NCBI GenBank assembly: GCA_038245785.1
Contig: JBBRSB010000012.1
Location: forward strand, 32,001 to 96,000
Source of the DNA: Gloeobacterales cyanobacterium
GTDB taxonomy: Bacteria > Cyanobacteriota > Cyanobacteriia > Gloeobacterales > PMM-0068
Reading direction: 5' to 3'
DNA length: 64,000 bases
Shown: piece after piece, positions 29,235-40,585 of the stretch
How positions within the stretch are numbered: position 1 is the first letter of the stretch
How the letters are laid out: each line of letters opens with the position of its first letter
Made by a program: the position numbers and the translations under genes
Notes under the pieces: model-generated
Database searches by the model: none
What the model was told of the DNA's origin: nothing
What the model saw: only the letters and a program-made list of their open reading frames with translations

Positions 29235-29257
29235 ATCCCCCCCCTAGGGGAGGGGAT
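29235..29257. promoter_or_regulatory. CsoR-type operator 2, upstream of copA
   Basis: ATCCCCCCCCTAGGGGAGGGGAT, same CCCTAGGG-centred architecture as operator 1. Confidence 0.65.
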
Positions 29258-29283
29258 GCTAGACGTCCCAAAGCGAGGTCAAG

Positions 29284-31809
29284 ATGAAGACGGTTCGGAA
29301 GTTCCAAATAGAAGGTATGAAGTGCCAGGGATGCGTCAGTGCTGTTCAGGGCGGGATCTCAGCGCTACCTGGAGTGGAAGTCGCTCAGGTCAATCTAGAT
29401 CAAAAAATGCTGACGGTGCAGGCTGCTCCCAGTCTCACGAATCAGGCTATAAGCGCCAAAGTTACCGAACTGGGTTTTGAAGCTTCTCCCCTATCTTCCT
29501 TAGATGATTCAGATGCTGCGGATGAAGATTCGGAAGACCATCCTAGCCAGCCCTCAAGACCTGATACTGCTATTTTCCCGGTTTCTGAGCGGCTGACTTT
29601 TTCGATTCAAGGGATGAGCTGCACAGCTTGTGCTCAAAATATCGAACGGGGAGTTTCCCAACTCCCAGGGGTATCTCGTGCAGAGGTAAACTTTGCCACC
29701 GAACAGATGACGGTCTATCTCGAGGCGCTCGCTGCTGACCTTGTATCCTCAGTCGTCCAAAAAGTTCAGGATTTGGGTTATCAAGCGGCTCCTCAGATTT
29801 CCGAGGTTCAGACCGTTTCTGAGGAAAAGGAATCAGAAGAAGCCCAACAATCTAAGCAATCATTTTGGTGGTTGCTCTACAGCGCGATATTGACAGTCCC
29901 AATTGTGCTCTTGATGTTTGGGATGTCTGCAGAGCTGTCAGTCATGACTGCTGGGATGCAAGGGAATCTTGGGATTTCCTGGCAAATGGGACTATCTTTC
30001 ACTTTGACCACACTTCTACAGTTCACGGCTGGTTGGACATTTTATCGGGGGGCTTATAAAGCGCTGCGTAACGGCTATGCCAACATGGATGTGCTCGTTG
30101 CCCTGGGCATTACTGCAGCCTATGGCTGGAGCGTAGGAGCCACCTTTTTCTATCCTGGCCCGGTGTTCTACGAAACCGCCGCCATGCTGATCACGTTTAT
30201 CCGGGCCGGTAAGTGGCTAGAAGCACGGGCCAAAGGTCGGGCCAACCGTGCCCTGCGTTCGCTCCTGCATCTACAAGCGCAACGGGCTCAGATTTTGACG
30301 ACTACGGGAGAAGTATTGGATATTCCTGCCTCGGAAGTGCAGGTGGGAGCGCGGGTGCTTGTGCGCTCTGGAGGACAGATTCCCGTAGATGGAATAGTCA
30401 CAGAAGGTCAATCAACGGTGGATGAATCGATGCTGACTGGGGAATCTCTACCTGCCGTTAAAAATGTCCAGGACTCGGTTACAGCGGGGACGATCAACCA
30501 AGGAGGACGCCTGGTAATCGAAGCTACCCGCGTCGGTGGTGATACCGTCCTGCAACAGATTGTGCGTTTGGTTCAAGAAGCGCAATCTGATAAGGCCCCG
30601 ATTCAGAAACTGGTGGACCAGGTGAGTAATGTGTTCGTGCCCTTGGTCTTGTTGGTGGCTTTGCTGACTTTTAGTATTTGGTATTTTTGGGCGGGGGCGA
30701 CCCTCTTCTTTGCGTTGAGCCAGACGATCGCCGTACTCGTGATCGCCTGTCCTTGCGCGCTTGGACTGGCGACGCCTACGGCCTTGGTAGTCGGTTCTGG
30801 CATGGGATTAGAGCGGGGGATTCTCTTTAAGAAAATCTCTAGTCTGGAATCTTTGGCTGACTTGGATTGCGTCATCCTGGATAAGACGGGGACCCTGACG
30901 GAAGGAAAGTTTCAGGTTACGGATTTAATAACTGAACAAGCGGTAGACGAACTCTTGCAGACTGCGGCGACTCTTGAACAGTACAGTAGCCATCCTTTAG
31001 CCCGTTCGATTATGCAGAAGGCTCAAGGGCTGGCGCTCGATCCTGTGGAGGACTTTGCCGAAATCCAAGGCCAGGGCTGTTCTGGTCAGATCAACGGAGA
31101 ACCTCACTACGTCGGTCGCCAAGATTTCATCGAAGCGCAAGGAATTTCAACGCCCCCTTGGCTAGCGCGTTACCAAGCGCTGACTGCAGCCGGAAAAACT
31201 GTAATTTTCGTGGCCCGAGGACGAGAAATCCTGGGTCTGATCGCGCTAGCAGATCAGATTAAACCGCAGGCCGCTGAAGCCGTCCGTCGCTTAAGCAATC
31301 TGGGCCTGAAGGTGGTAATGCTGACCGGCGATAACAAGTCGGTGGCTCAATCGGTGGCCAAAGCTCTCGCTATTACTGAATTCCAGGCTGAGGTGCTGCC
31401 CGCAGAAAAGCTGCAATGGGTCAAACATTACCAAGCTCAGGGTCTAAAAACGGTCATGGTCGGGGATGGTATCAATGACAGCCCAGCCTTGGCCCAGGCG
31501 GATCTGGGCATGGCTATCGGTTCCGGCACTGATGTAGCCAAAGAAACCGGAGATATCATTCTTACTAGAAGCAACCCGTTGGATGTAGAACGGGCGATCC
31601 GGCTAGGACGTGCGACGTTATCTAAAGTGAAACAAAATCTGTTCTGGGCGTTTTTCTACAACGTGGTCGGCATTCCGATCGCGGCAGGCGTCTTTTACCT
31701 GCCGCTTGGATTAACGCTCAAACCAGAATTGGCTGGACTCGCCATGGCTTTGAGTTCCATCACTGTGGTAAGCAATGCGCTGTTACTCCGCCGGGCCTCG
31801 TTTGATTAG
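29284..31809 (+). CDS. copA: Cu(I)-translocating P1B-type ATPase with two HMA domains
   Basis: [48 protein letters not shown]. Confidence 0.94.
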   Translation: MKTVRKFQIEGMKCQGCVSAVQGGISALPGVEVAQVNLDQKMLTVQAAPSLTNQAISAKVTELGFEASPLSSLDDSDAADEDSEDHPSQPSRPDTAIFPVSERLTFSIQGMSCTACAQNIERGVSQLPGVSRAEVNFATEQMTVYLEALAADLVSSVVQKVQDLGYQAAPQISEVQTVSEEKESEEAQQSKQSFWWLLYSAILTVPIVLLMFGMSAELSVMTAGMQGNLGISWQMGLSFTLTTLLQFTAGWTFYRGAYKALRNGYANMDVLVALGITAAYGWSVGATFFYPGPVFYETAAMLITFIRAGKWLEARAKGRANRALRSLLHLQAQRAQILTTTGEVLDIPASEVQVGARVLVRSGGQIPVDGIVTEGQSTVDESMLTGESLPAVKNVQDSVTAGTINQGGRLVIEATRVGGDTVLQQIVRLVQEAQSDKAPIQKLVDQVSNVFVPLVLLVALLTFSIWYFWAGATLFFALSQTIAVLVIACPCALGLATPTALVVGSGMGLERGILFKKISSLESLADLDCVILDKTGTLTEGKFQVTDLITEQAVDELLQTAATLEQYSSHPLARSIMQKAQGLALDPVEDFAEIQGQGCSGQINGEPHYVGRQDFIEAQGISTPPWLARYQALTAAGKTVIFVARGREILGLIALADQIKPQAAEAVRRLSNLGLKVVMLTGDNKSVAQSVAKALAITEFQAEVLPAEKLQWVKHYQAQGLKTVMVGDGINDSPALAQADLGMAIGSGTDVAKETGDIILTRSNPLDVERAIRLGRATLSKVKQNLFWAFFYNVVGIPIAAGVFYLPLGLTLKPELAGLAMALSSITVVSNALLLRRASFD

Positions 31810-31824
31810 ATAGGACTCACACTT

Positions 31825-32415
31825 TCACCGTCCTTCAGGCATTCCATAGACTGAAGTGGGTGCATAAATGGGTCCGCCCATCGGATTTCCAGAATAGTTG
31901 TCGGTTTTGATAATGTAGGCTCTGAGATCGTTGAGGTCGATGTACTGGTCAGCAGCATTGCGTAGTTCCCGAGCAATCATGCCATCGGTGGCTACAACCG
32001 TGACGCGGGTGTTGCGAGAGCGCAGAAGTTCTACCGCCCGTTCAAAATCGCCATCGCCACTAAAAAGAATCACATGGTCATACATGTCCACGGTATTGAA
32101 CATATCGATCACGATTTCTACATCTAAGTTCGCTTTCTGACTGGTCCGACCCGAATCTTGGTCCGTAAACTGCTTGGTCATTTTGGTGCGTACGGTATAA
32201 CCAATATTGATTAAAGCATCCAGGAAACCTCTTTTATCTCCTGTATGTTCAACTCCTTGATACCAAAAAGCATTGACTAAAATTTCTCCTTGGTCAGAGA
32301 AGTATTCAAGAATTTTTCTAGGGTCAAAAAACCAGCCATTCTTTTGCTGGGCGTAATACATATTGTTCCCATCGATAAAGATAGAGAAGCGTTCTTGCTG
32401 TGCATAACGGGACAT
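31825..32415 (-). CDS. labA: NYN/LabA (DUF88) domain protein
   Basis: IFIDGNNMYYAQQKNGWFFDP, KANLDVEIVIDMFNT, FSGDGDF, IARELRNA. Confidence 0.85.
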   Translation of the reverse strand: MSRYAQQERFSIFIDGNNMYYAQQKNGWFFDPRKILEYFSDQGEILVNAFWYQGVEHTGDKRGFLDALINIGYTVRTKMTKQFTDQDSGRTSQKANLDVEIVIDMFNTVDMYDHVILFSGDGDFERAVELLRSRNTRVTVVATDGMIARELRNAADQYIDLNDLRAYIIKTDNYSGNPMGGPIYAPTSVYGMPEGR

Positions 32416-32461
32416 GAAATAACCTCGGGATGATAAGGAGATGTGATTTATTTATTGAGCA

Positions 32462-33373
32462 TTAGCGGACATTAACAGTTTCAACGTTCTTATGGATGGG
32501 GTCACCTATCGGAAGGAGTGGAAAATTTAGATCAGCTCTTTGCTGGGCATAGACTTTAGCCACAAGGCAAGCTAAAGCTCGGACTCTGCGGATGTAACGA
32601 GTGCGTTCTGTAACTGCAATTACTCCGCGCGCGTCTAATAAATTGAAGGTGTGGGAGCATTTGAGTACGTAATCGAAAGCGGGTAAAACAATTCCTTCTT
32701 GGATGATGCGTCCCGCTTCCTGTTCATAACGATTAAAAAGTTCAAACAGAAATTGAGGGTCAGATTTCTCAAAGTTGTAGGTACTATGTTCCACCTCTGC
32801 CTGATGGTAGACCTGTCCATAGGAAACTTGGTCATTCCACTTCAGGTCATAGATAGAATCAACGCCCTGCAGATACATCGCTAGCCGTTCAAGGCCATAG
32901 GTGATTTCTACAGAAACAGGTTTGCAATCCAGGCCACCACACTGTTGGAAATAGGTGAATTGGGTAACTTCCATGCCATCAAGCCAAACTTCCCAGCCGA
33001 CGCCCCAGGCTCCGAGCGTAGGGGATTCCCAGTTGTCTTCTACAAAGCGGATATCGTGCTCTTTAATTTGGACGCCCAAAGCTTCTAACGAGTGGAGATA
33101 GGTATCTTGGATACCATCCGGAGAAGGTTTCAGGAGGACTTGATACTGGAAGTAATGCTGGAGGCGGTTAGGATTTTCGCCATAGCGACCATCGGTAGGT
33201 CTACGCGAAGGTTCTACATAGGCTACTTTCCAGGGCTCTGGTCCAATCGCCCGCAAAAAAGTGTGGGGATTCATTGTTCCAGCCCCTTTTTCCGTGTCAT
33301 AGGGTTGGGCGATTAAACACTCCTGATCGGCCCAAAATTGATTTAATGTGCTGATAATCTTCTGGAAATTCAT
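32462..33373 (-). CDS. glyQ: Glycine--tRNA ligase alpha subunit
   Basis: [36 protein letters not shown]. Confidence 0.98.
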   Translation of the reverse strand: MNFQKIISTLNQFWADQECLIAQPYDTEKGAGTMNPHTFLRAIGPEPWKVAYVEPSRRPTDGRYGENPNRLQHYFQYQVLLKPSPDGIQDTYLHSLEALGVQIKEHDIRFVEDNWESPTLGAWGVGWEVWLDGMEVTQFTYFQQCGGLDCKPVSVEITYGLERLAMYLQGVDSIYDLKWNDQVSYGQVYHQAEVEHSTYNFEKSDPQFLFELFNRYEQEAGRIIQEGIVLPAFDYVLKCSHTFNLLDARGVIAVTERTRYIRRVRALACLVAKVYAQQRADLNFPLLPIGDPIHKNVETVNVR

Positions 33374-33592
33374 AGAAGCTAGACTAGGTACGGTTAATCG
33401 TGGTTATAAGGGTAAAGGTGTACATATTAGATGTAGCCTAGTATACCTTTATTCCAGAATGACACATCTCAGCGCTGAATGTAGGCATACGAAATAAATT
33501 AAATCTTTGGTGCATTCAGACAGAACAAAACGCGCTTGATACAGGGGCCAGTACACTGTTAGATGCTGCTGCAATTCATACTCCTACTACCT

Positions 33593-34471
33593 ATGACAAC
33601 TGAGACTACTGAAACTCAAGCCCCTCATCTCAGACGTTTACCCGATTGGGTCCGTCGGTCTATTGGTACTGCCTCTCAAGTGTCAACGGTTCAAAAGATT
33701 ATCCGAGAACGAGGAATCCATACTATCTGCGAGGAAGGGCGCTGTCCTAATCGCGCAGAATGCTATAGCCAGAAGACGGCGACGTTTCTCCTTATGGGCC
33801 CAGTGTGTACGCGGGCATGTGCCTTTTGTCAGGTAACTTCAGGCAAAGCTCTCCCTCTTGACCCCCAAGAACCAGAGAAAGTTGCAGAGTCGATACAACT
33901 CTTAGGACTTGATTATGTCGTTTTGACTTCTGTGGCCCGCGATGATCTACCGGACCAAGGGGCAGGATGGTTCTGTCAGACGATGACGGCCATTCGAAAG
34001 TGTACCCCACACGTTCAAATTGAAGTTTTAACGCCTGATTTTCGGGCCGACTTGGCTTGCCTGCAGAAGATCGTGGAAGCGAAACCCGTCTGTTTTAATC
34101 ACAATATTGAAACGGTCCGCAGGCTCTCTCGGCATGTGCGCCGAGGGGCCACCTATGAGCGCACCTTGTCCGTATTGCGCCAGGTGAAAACTTTAGATGC
34201 TCAGATGCCAACCAAATCAGGTCTGATGCTCGGCCATGGAGAAACGGAAACAGAGATCATCGAGACCCTGCAAGATTTACGCTCTGTGGGCTGTGACCGC
34301 TTGACGCTGGGCCAATATCTGCAGCCTTCCCAAGACCATTTGCCCGTTCAAAAATATTGGACTCCAGAAGAGTTTGACTATTTGGGAAACGTTGCCCGTG
34401 ATTTGGGCTTTGCCCAGGTGCGTTCTGGTCCTTTGGTGCGCAGTTCCTACCATGCTTCAGAGATGGTTTAG
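33593..34471 (+). CDS. lipA: Lipoyl synthase
   Basis: [27 protein letters not shown]. Confidence 0.96.
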   Translation: MTTETTETQAPHLRRLPDWVRRSIGTASQVSTVQKIIRERGIHTICEEGRCPNRAECYSQKTATFLLMGPVCTRACAFCQVTSGKALPLDPQEPEKVAESIQLLGLDYVVLTSVARDDLPDQGAGWFCQTMTAIRKCTPHVQIEVLTPDFRADLACLQKIVEAKPVCFNHNIETVRRLSRHVRRGATYERTLSVLRQVKTLDAQMPTKSGLMLGHGETETEIIETLQDLRSVGCDRLTLGQYLQPSQDHLPVQKYWTPEEFDYLGNVARDLGFAQVRSGPLVRSSYHASEMV

Positions 34472-34472
34472 C

Positions 34473-36206
34473 TTAGCCCACCGATTGCATTTGTCGTTCA
34501 TAGAGCTGACGATACAGCCCGGAACCAATAGCCATCAATTCTTGATGATTGCCAGCTTCCCTTATGTCACCCTGTTCAATAACAAGAATTCGGTCTGCCT
34601 GACGAATCGTAGAGAGGCGATGGGCAACAACCAGAACGGTTCTTCCTTGCATCAATCGGTTCAAAGCTTCCTGGACCAGGGCTTCTGACTCAGTATCCAA
34701 GGCACTGGTTGCTTCATCCAGAATCAAGATTCTTGGATCGAGCAGAACGGCACGGGCAATAGCAATGCGTTGACGCTGGCCTCCAGATAGATTCGTTCCC
34801 CGTTCCCCCAACATCGTCTGGTACCCTTTGGGCAAGGCAGCAACGAACGAATGGGCATTGGCAATCCTGGCGGCCTTTTCCACTTCTTCCATATCGAAGC
34901 TATCTTGACCATAGGCAATATTCTCAGCTACGGTGCCGGAGAAAAGGACCGTTTCCTGAGGAACAATGCCGATTTGACGCCGCAGGCTCCCAAAAGTTAC
35001 ATCCCGTACATCGGTACCGTCTATAAGTACTTTTCCCGATTGGGGGTCGTAGAAACGGGGGACTAAGCCGACCAAAGAAGATTTCCCGGAACCAGAAGGT
35101 CCAACTAAGGCAACGACCTCGCCAGGATGGACGGTAAAACTGACGCCTTTCAAAACAGGCTGGCTAACCTTATAGCCAAAAAAGACCTTTTCAAACTCAA
35201 CTTTTCCTTCCACTACAGGCAGCGCTACGGCATCCGATTTTTCTACGAGAACAGGCTTTACGGCCAGTAGCTCAAAAAGACGGTCTGCAGAGGATTCTGC
35301 CTGCTTCAGTTCGTTAAAATTGGCGGTACTAATAGAAATTGGGTCGATTAGGAGCACAATCCCTGTTGCAAAGCTCAGGAATTGCGCAGGGCTCATATTG
35401 CCTTTACCAATCTGCCAAGTGCCAAAACCAATCACGGATAAAACAGCGGTGACTAGAAGTACAGCGATTACAGGGTACTGAACGGCCTTGATATATTCTG
35501 CCTGGAAGCGGGCAGCCTGATTTTCCTGTGATAAACGCTTAAAACGGCGAATTTCATATTCTTCGGAGGCAAAGCCTCGGATCACCCGAATCCCTGAAAA
35601 AATTTCTGTAAGTAAACCGGCCAGATCTGAGGAAAGGTCTTGACCCTGACGGGAGAAGCTTTGTAGTTTCGAACCAAACCATCCTAGGGAAAGAGCCAGC
35701 AGCGGGGCGACCAGAAAAGTAAGGGCCGTAAGGACCCAATTGAGATAGAGAAGATAGCCTAGGACAAAAACAACGGTAAAGATACTGGGCACAAACTGGT
35801 TGAAAAACTTGCGGACCACTTCGGCCAAACGGTCCACATCTTGGGTCAGCTTATAGGCCAAATCCCCAGACTTCTTTTCGTTGAAATAGGACAAGTCTAA
35901 ACTTTGGAGATGGGCAAAAAGATCGATGCGCAGATCCGTGACCGCTTGCAGACTGGCCTTCGCCATTAGGGAATCTTGACCGTACTGAAAGACCCCTCGA
36001 ACAACAAAAACAACGATAGCGGTAATAAAGACTTGAGATAGCCCTCCCAAGTTTCCTTTACTAACCGGTTCAGTCAAACTTCCAGCAAGCTGGGCAAGGA
36101 GGGGCATGGAGCTAACAAAACCAACCAGGCAGACTGTCGCGCTTAGAAAAACCCACCGTTGGGGTAGAAGATAGGGGATGAGCTTACGGTAGCTGGATTT
36201 AAGCAC
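34473..36206 (-). CDS. ABC exporter, fused permease/ATPase (MsbA-like)
   Basis: TM domain plus GPSGSGKS, LSGGQRQR, ILILDEATSALD. Confidence 0.92.
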   Translation of the reverse strand: MLKSSYRKLIPYLLPQRWVFLSATVCLVGFVSSMPLLAQLAGSLTEPVSKGNLGGLSQVFITAIVVFVVRGVFQYGQDSLMAKASLQAVTDLRIDLFAHLQSLDLSYFNEKKSGDLAYKLTQDVDRLAEVVRKFFNQFVPSIFTVVFVLGYLLYLNWVLTALTFLVAPLLALSLGWFGSKLQSFSRQGQDLSSDLAGLLTEIFSGIRVIRGFASEEYEIRRFKRLSQENQAARFQAEYIKAVQYPVIAVLLVTAVLSVIGFGTWQIGKGNMSPAQFLSFATGIVLLIDPISISTANFNELKQAESSADRLFELLAVKPVLVEKSDAVALPVVEGKVEFEKVFFGYKVSQPVLKGVSFTVHPGEVVALVGPSGSGKSSLVGLVPRFYDPQSGKVLIDGTDVRDVTFGSLRRQIGIVPQETVLFSGTVAENIAYGQDSFDMEEVEKAARIANAHSFVAALPKGYQTMLGERGTNLSGGQRQRIAIARAVLLDPRILILDEATSALDTESEALVQEALNRLMQGRTVLVVAHRLSTIRQADRILVIEQGDIREAGNHQELMAIGSGLYRQLYERQMQSVG

Positions 36207-36253
36207 TACAACTCAATAGAAGTCAAACATCATTTTATCCAGTTCGCTGCATA

Positions 36254-37189
36254 TTATTCGCTATTTCGCTTTTGTTGTGCGCTTTTCACCAGAGCTGCGA
36301 CCACAGAAACGACGGAATTTGCCAACGCTTCCAGGTCATAACCGCCTTCTAAACCAAGCATCACCTGGGGCGTAATCTGCAAACAGCGCTCGGTGAGGGT
36401 GCCAAAATCTTCCGGTTCCAGCGCCATATTCGCTAGGGGATCCGCCCGATTGGCATCAAATCCAGCACTAACAATTAATAGCTGTGGCTGGAATTGTTCT
36501 AGAAAGGGACGAATTTCTTGGTCAAAGGCGGTTAAATACTCCAGCTTGCCGCTGTGGGGCGGTAAGGGAATATTGAGGACGTTTTGATGGGCTCCTTCTT
36601 CATTTCGGTGCCCGGTCCCTGGGTAGTTCCCTAACTCGTGGATGGAGCAATAGGCGATCCTTGGGTCCTGCTCCACAATGGACTGGGTGCCATTGCCATG
36701 ATGTACATCCCAATCAAAAATAGCAACTCTAGATAATCCTTTGACCCTAAGCGCATACTGGGCGGCCAAGGCCGCATTCGAAAATAGACAAAACCCCATG
36801 CCGCGATGATTTTCAGCATGGTGTCCTGGAGGACGCGCCAGCACAAAAGTAGGTGTGTGCTGGTCTACCACTTGATCTATGCCGACCAACCAGCCTCCGG
36901 CACTGAGCAGGGCCACTTCATAACTGGCCGGACCGACGTAGGTATCAGCATCCAAACGCCCCCCGCCCCGTTGCGCTAGCGCGTGAATGAATTCGACATA
37001 GCTTGGAGCATGGACCCAGGCCAATTCTTCTGGCGTAGCCATCCGGGGAGGGAGCCATTGCAGTTGGTCGTGGAACGGGGCTTCTTTGAGATATTGCGCA
37101 CAGATAGCCACCCGTTGAGGTTGCTCAGGATGGCCTGCACCCATGTCATGTTCTAAAAATTTTGGGCTGTAAACGACGGTGATGCTCAT
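36254..37189 (-). CDS. Histone deacetylase-family amidohydrolase
   Basis: RPPGHHA, GFCLF, DWDVHHGNGTQ, SAGFD, LEGGY. Confidence 0.94.
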   Translation of the reverse strand: MSITVVYSPKFLEHDMGAGHPEQPQRVAICAQYLKEAPFHDQLQWLPPRMATPEELAWVHAPSYVEFIHALAQRGGGRLDADTYVGPASYEVALLSAGGWLVGIDQVVDQHTPTFVLARPPGHHAENHRGMGFCLFSNAALAAQYALRVKGLSRVAIFDWDVHHGNGTQSIVEQDPRIAYCSIHELGNYPGTGHRNEEGAHQNVLNIPLPPHSGKLEYLTAFDQEIRPFLEQFQPQLLIVSAGFDANRADPLANMALEPEDFGTLTERCLQITPQVMLGLEGGYDLEALANSVVSVVAALVKSAQQKRNSE

Positions 37190-37266
37190 GATGCTTTCTA
37201 TTCTGAAACAAAGGCTAGGAGAGCGGACAACTGTGGTACAACAAAGGGGACATTACATACATAAAC

Positions 37267-37704
37267 ATGGCGATGTTTGAAACGATTCTGCTCCCTGTGG
37301 ATGGTTCTCCCGAAAGTGAGCGTGCTGTCCCTTTTGCCATAGATGTAGCCCAGAAGTACCAAAGCAAAATTCTACTGGTTTCGGTGATCGATATTCCGAC
37401 GGTTGTGCCTGGAGAACTCTCTGATGAACAGCAGCAGCAATTCACAGAAGCTAAAACCAAGGTGGAAGCCAGGGCTCAGGGTTTTATCGATAGTGCCCGT
37501 CAGACTCTGGAAGCGGAATCTATCCCTGTGGAAGGACGTATTGAAGAAGGCAAAGCCGCTTTTATCATTTGTGATGTGGCCGATGAAGTGGATGCCGGAT
37601 TAATTGTGATGGGTACCCGTGGCCTCGGCTTGATTGAAGGCGAAAAGAGCGTCAGCGACCAAGTGATCAACCTCGCGCCCTGTCCGGTCCTTGTTGTTCC
37701 CTAA
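37267..37704 (+). CDS. Universal stress protein
   Basis: ILLPVDGS, LIVMGTRG, APCPVLVVP. Confidence 0.92.
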   Translation: MAMFETILLPVDGSPESERAVPFAIDVAQKYQSKILLVSVIDIPTVVPGELSDEQQQQFTEAKTKVEARAQGFIDSARQTLEAESIPVEGRIEEGKAAFIICDVADEVDAGLIVMGTRGLGLIEGEKSVSDQVINLAPCPVLVVP

Positions 37705-37722
37705 TGAGACCGTAAAAAGACA

Positions 37723-38802
37723 GTGAGAAGACGGTCTTTGCTGTTTAGCTTCCTGACTTTGGGAGCTTGTGCTGGTCAGGAGCCCGTAGATTTGACGGTA
37801 GAGACTCTGGCCCAGGCTTGGCCTACGGGTGAAACAGAGCGATTCAAAGCTCGGACAGGAATCAGGGTCCAACCTTGGCTCAAAGGCCGACCAGACGAAA
37901 TTTTTAAAGAACTGAAGACGCAATTCGAGCCCCCACCTGCCAAGCAGGATGACGTCTGGAGGCAGCTCACGGATGCATTTTTCCCACCTTCTGCACCTGC
38001 TACTCCTGCGGGCGTCTATCTCTTAGGAGATGCTTGGCTGCAACAGGCAATTCCTTATTTACAACCCTTAGACCCTAAACGCTTAAAGCGCCTATCCAGT
38101 CTGGCTCCCAAGTGGCAACAGTGGGGCTGGCACGAAGGCAAATGCTACGGCATCCCCTATCGCATGGGCACGGCGATGGTCGCCCACAATCGCCAGCACG
38201 CTAAGCCGATAAAGAGCTGGGAAGCTCTATGGCAGGGACCTGCGAGAAAAATAACGGTACCCGATAGTCCGAGAGAAGTCTTTGCCATTGCGCTTAAGCG
38301 TCTAGGCTACTCCCTGAATAGTCCAAACCCTCAGCATTGGCAGGATGCTTTTAAACTGCTTCAAACCCTACAGCCGAAATTACTAACCTACAGCTCTGAT
38401 TATTTACCAATTCTTCTCACCGAAGATAGTTGGGTGGCAGTCGGTTGGTCGTCAGACCTTTATAGTGCGGCCCAGGATAATCCTGAAATAGGCGTAACGA
38501 TTCCTGAGGAAGGAACCAGTCTCTGGGCTGATTTTTGGGTATTACCCCGCAAAGCTTCCGCTGATTCGTTCTATCGCTTAGCGGACTATCTCTTAGAACC
38601 AGAAGTTCTAGGACGTTTGAGCAATCAGTTCTCGGTGCTCAATCCTTATCCCGATAGCTACACCCAAATTTCTGCTGAACTACACCAAGACCCGCTAGTT
38701 TTTCCGCCCATTCTTGACCGCTGCGAACTGATTCAGCCTTTATCTCCAGTATTGGAACATTTGGTCCAAGACCTCTGGAAGGCGCTGAGGACAAGTGCAT
38801 GA
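37723..38802 (+). CDS. PotD/PotF-like polyamine ABC transporter substrate-binding lipoprotein
   Basis: RRR..LGAC signal, SWEALW, DSPRE, GWSSD, IPEEGTSLWAD. Confidence 0.82.
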   Translation: MRRRSLLFSFLTLGACAGQEPVDLTVETLAQAWPTGETERFKARTGIRVQPWLKGRPDEIFKELKTQFEPPPAKQDDVWRQLTDAFFPPSAPATPAGVYLLGDAWLQQAIPYLQPLDPKRLKRLSSLAPKWQQWGWHEGKCYGIPYRMGTAMVAHNRQHAKPIKSWEALWQGPARKITVPDSPREVFAIALKRLGYSLNSPNPQHWQDAFKLLQTLQPKLLTYSSDYLPILLTEDSWVAVGWSSDLYSAAQDNPEIGVTIPEEGTSLWADFWVLPRKASADSFYRLADYLLEPEVLGRLSNQFSVLNPYPDSYTQISAELHQDPLVFPPILDRCELIQPLSPVLEHLVQDLWKALRTSA

Positions 38803-39673
38803 AGGCTCTAGAAAGCTATTGAACGATGAACAGTTAATAGCTGACAGGTTATATTGGGGTCACCTTGCACCGCCTAGACCTATGTATCAGCCGATTGCTC
38901 CTCTTTCTCCAAAAGATACCCTTCCTACCATGTATGATTTGCCCAGTGAGGAAGTGGGACAATCTGGTTTGCCTGACGAATTTCATGTTTTACAGCCGCA
39001 GCTCTTGTCAGCGACTTTTATTCCAAGTACTTATCCTTTAGAGCAGGTATTCACGGCTAGCGACCTAAATCTTTACTACGATCCGAGACATTTGCTTTGG
39101 TACAAACGGCCTGACTGGTTTGCTGTGGTGGGAGTACCTAGTCTTTATGAGGGCCAAGAATTACGCCAGAGTTATGTTCTATGGCAAGAAGGCGTAGATC
39201 CCTTAGTTGTAGTGGAATTTCTGTCACCAGGAACTGAAGATGAGGATCTAGGCCGTTTATCGGTAAAAACGCCTGGCCAACCTCCATTTAAGTGGGAGGT
39301 TTATGAACGTATTATCCGAGTTCCTTACTATGTTGTTTTTAACAGTGAAACAAATCAAGTGCGGGTTTTTGAACTGGTAGGGACCCGCTACCGAGAAATG
39401 GAATTGTCAGAACCTCGCCTATGGATAGAGGAACTAGGACTAGGACTGGGCTTATGGCAAGGTTTTTGGTTGAAGCAAGATCGCTTGTGGTTGCGCTGGT
39501 ATGACCATGAAGGGAATTGGGTTCTCACCCCTGAGGAAAGAGAGAAGCAATTCGCCGAACAAGCAGTCCAGCAGACAGAACAGGCTCAGCAAAGAGCCAT
39601 GCAAGCTGAGCAAAGAGCTGAAGTTTTAGCTCAACGTCTACGAGAGTTAGGCGTCAATCCTGACGATTTGTAA
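38795..39673 (+). CDS. Uma2 family putative endonuclease (true start may be 38882)
   Basis: LPTMYDLPSE, KRPDWF, VVEFLSPGT, KWEVYE, LAQRLRELGVNPD. Confidence 0.9.
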   Translation: MHEGSRKLLNDEQLIADRLYWGHLAPPRPMYQPIAPLSPKDTLPTMYDLPSEEVGQSGLPDEFHVLQPQLLSATFIPSTYPLEQVFTASDLNLYYDPRHLLWYKRPDWFAVVGVPSLYEGQELRQSYVLWQEGVDPLVVVEFLSPGTEDEDLGRLSVKTPGQPPFKWEVYERIIRVPYYVVFNSETNQVRVFELVGTRYREMELSEPRLWIEELGLGLGLWQGFWLKQDRLWLRWYDHEGNWVLTPEEREKQFAEQAVQQTEQAQQRAMQAEQRAEVLAQRLRELGVNPDDL

Positions 39674-39702
39674 CAGCGCAGCCAGAGTATGCACTTTAGT
39701 TG

Positions 39703-39864
39703 TTAGCTATCTTTTTTCTCCTCTGGAGATGGCGGCTGGGGTGGATTTGGTTTAGGTCGAGACGGTAGTGGGTGAGCGTTAGAAGGTGGGATATAGCCAT
39801 CATCGGAAAGAGTAAAGTTCTCTGGCTTAGATGGTTTTTGAGTATCCTTTTTTTGCTCTGTCAT
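39703..39864 (-). CDS. Small Pro/Lys-rich hypothetical protein, 53 aa (not in the ORF track)
   Basis: AAGGA RBS; MTEQKKDTQKPSKPENFTLSDDGYIPPSNAHPLPSRPKPNPPQPPSPEEKKDS. Confidence 0.55.
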   Translation of the reverse strand: MTEQKKDTQKPSKPENFTLSDDGYIPPSNAHPLPSRPKPNPPQPPSPEEKKDS

Positions 39865-39882
39865 GAGTTTCCTTGTGTAGTT

Positions 39883-40488
39883 TTAGGGTACAGACGATTG
39901 CTGAGTTTTACTTCTCTGGTCAGTTTTTTTGCCATCAATCTTAGGTTTTGAGGTTGAAGGATTATCAACTGCGCTTGGTTGCTGAGGTAGGTTGCTGTAT
40001 GAAAAATAACATAGAAAGCCTATTCCTATAATTACTAAGAAGAGGGAAACAAAGCTGAATATTAACGTGGCATAAGAATAGTAGTTTGTTGAATTAAATT
40101 TTTTTACCTTATTATCCGCATGGGCATTATCAGATTGTTCATTCACGACTGCTTGATTTGTACGAATTGCATAATCATTGTCTAATATCTTGATTTGCTT
40201 TCCCACAGATGCTTGACTTGTACGAATAGCGATTAGTCCACAGAGCAGAGCTATAGCAATACAGATCCAAGAGTTACGTATTAAATACATCGTATTGGGC
40301 ATAGGATGTGGTGCAATCTTTTCAAGGAATGTTACAGATAAAGCAAGACCTCCTCCTGCAAGAGTTAATAGCCATTTTTCAAAGCGTTCACTAATATTGA
40401 GTGCGGCACCAATGAGGATTTCTCTTTCTGAGAGCTAGAATTCATGCCTTAACTTGTTGTCCTCATCCTGAGCTAATTCTTCTGACAC
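39883..40488 (-). pseudogene. AT-rich membrane protein gene interrupted by an in-frame TAG
   Basis: GTG at 40488 gives MSEELAQDEDNKLRHEF*LSEREILIGAA...FEKWLLTLAGGGLALSVTFLEKI, in frame with ORF 39883-40302; TAG at 40435-40437. Confidence 0.65.
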
Positions 40489-40585
40489 TTAAGCAAAACC
40501 GTGAAACTACCTAAGTAAGGTTAGCAAGTCCCTATAAGGTATGATTGTTCTATGAGCGTAAAACGCACTCAGAATAAGTCAAGAA

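Noticed and set aside
39530..39640. Short degenerate repeats (EQA.QQ.EQA.QRA)
   Set aside because: Ordinary coiled-coil tail of Uma2 proteins.
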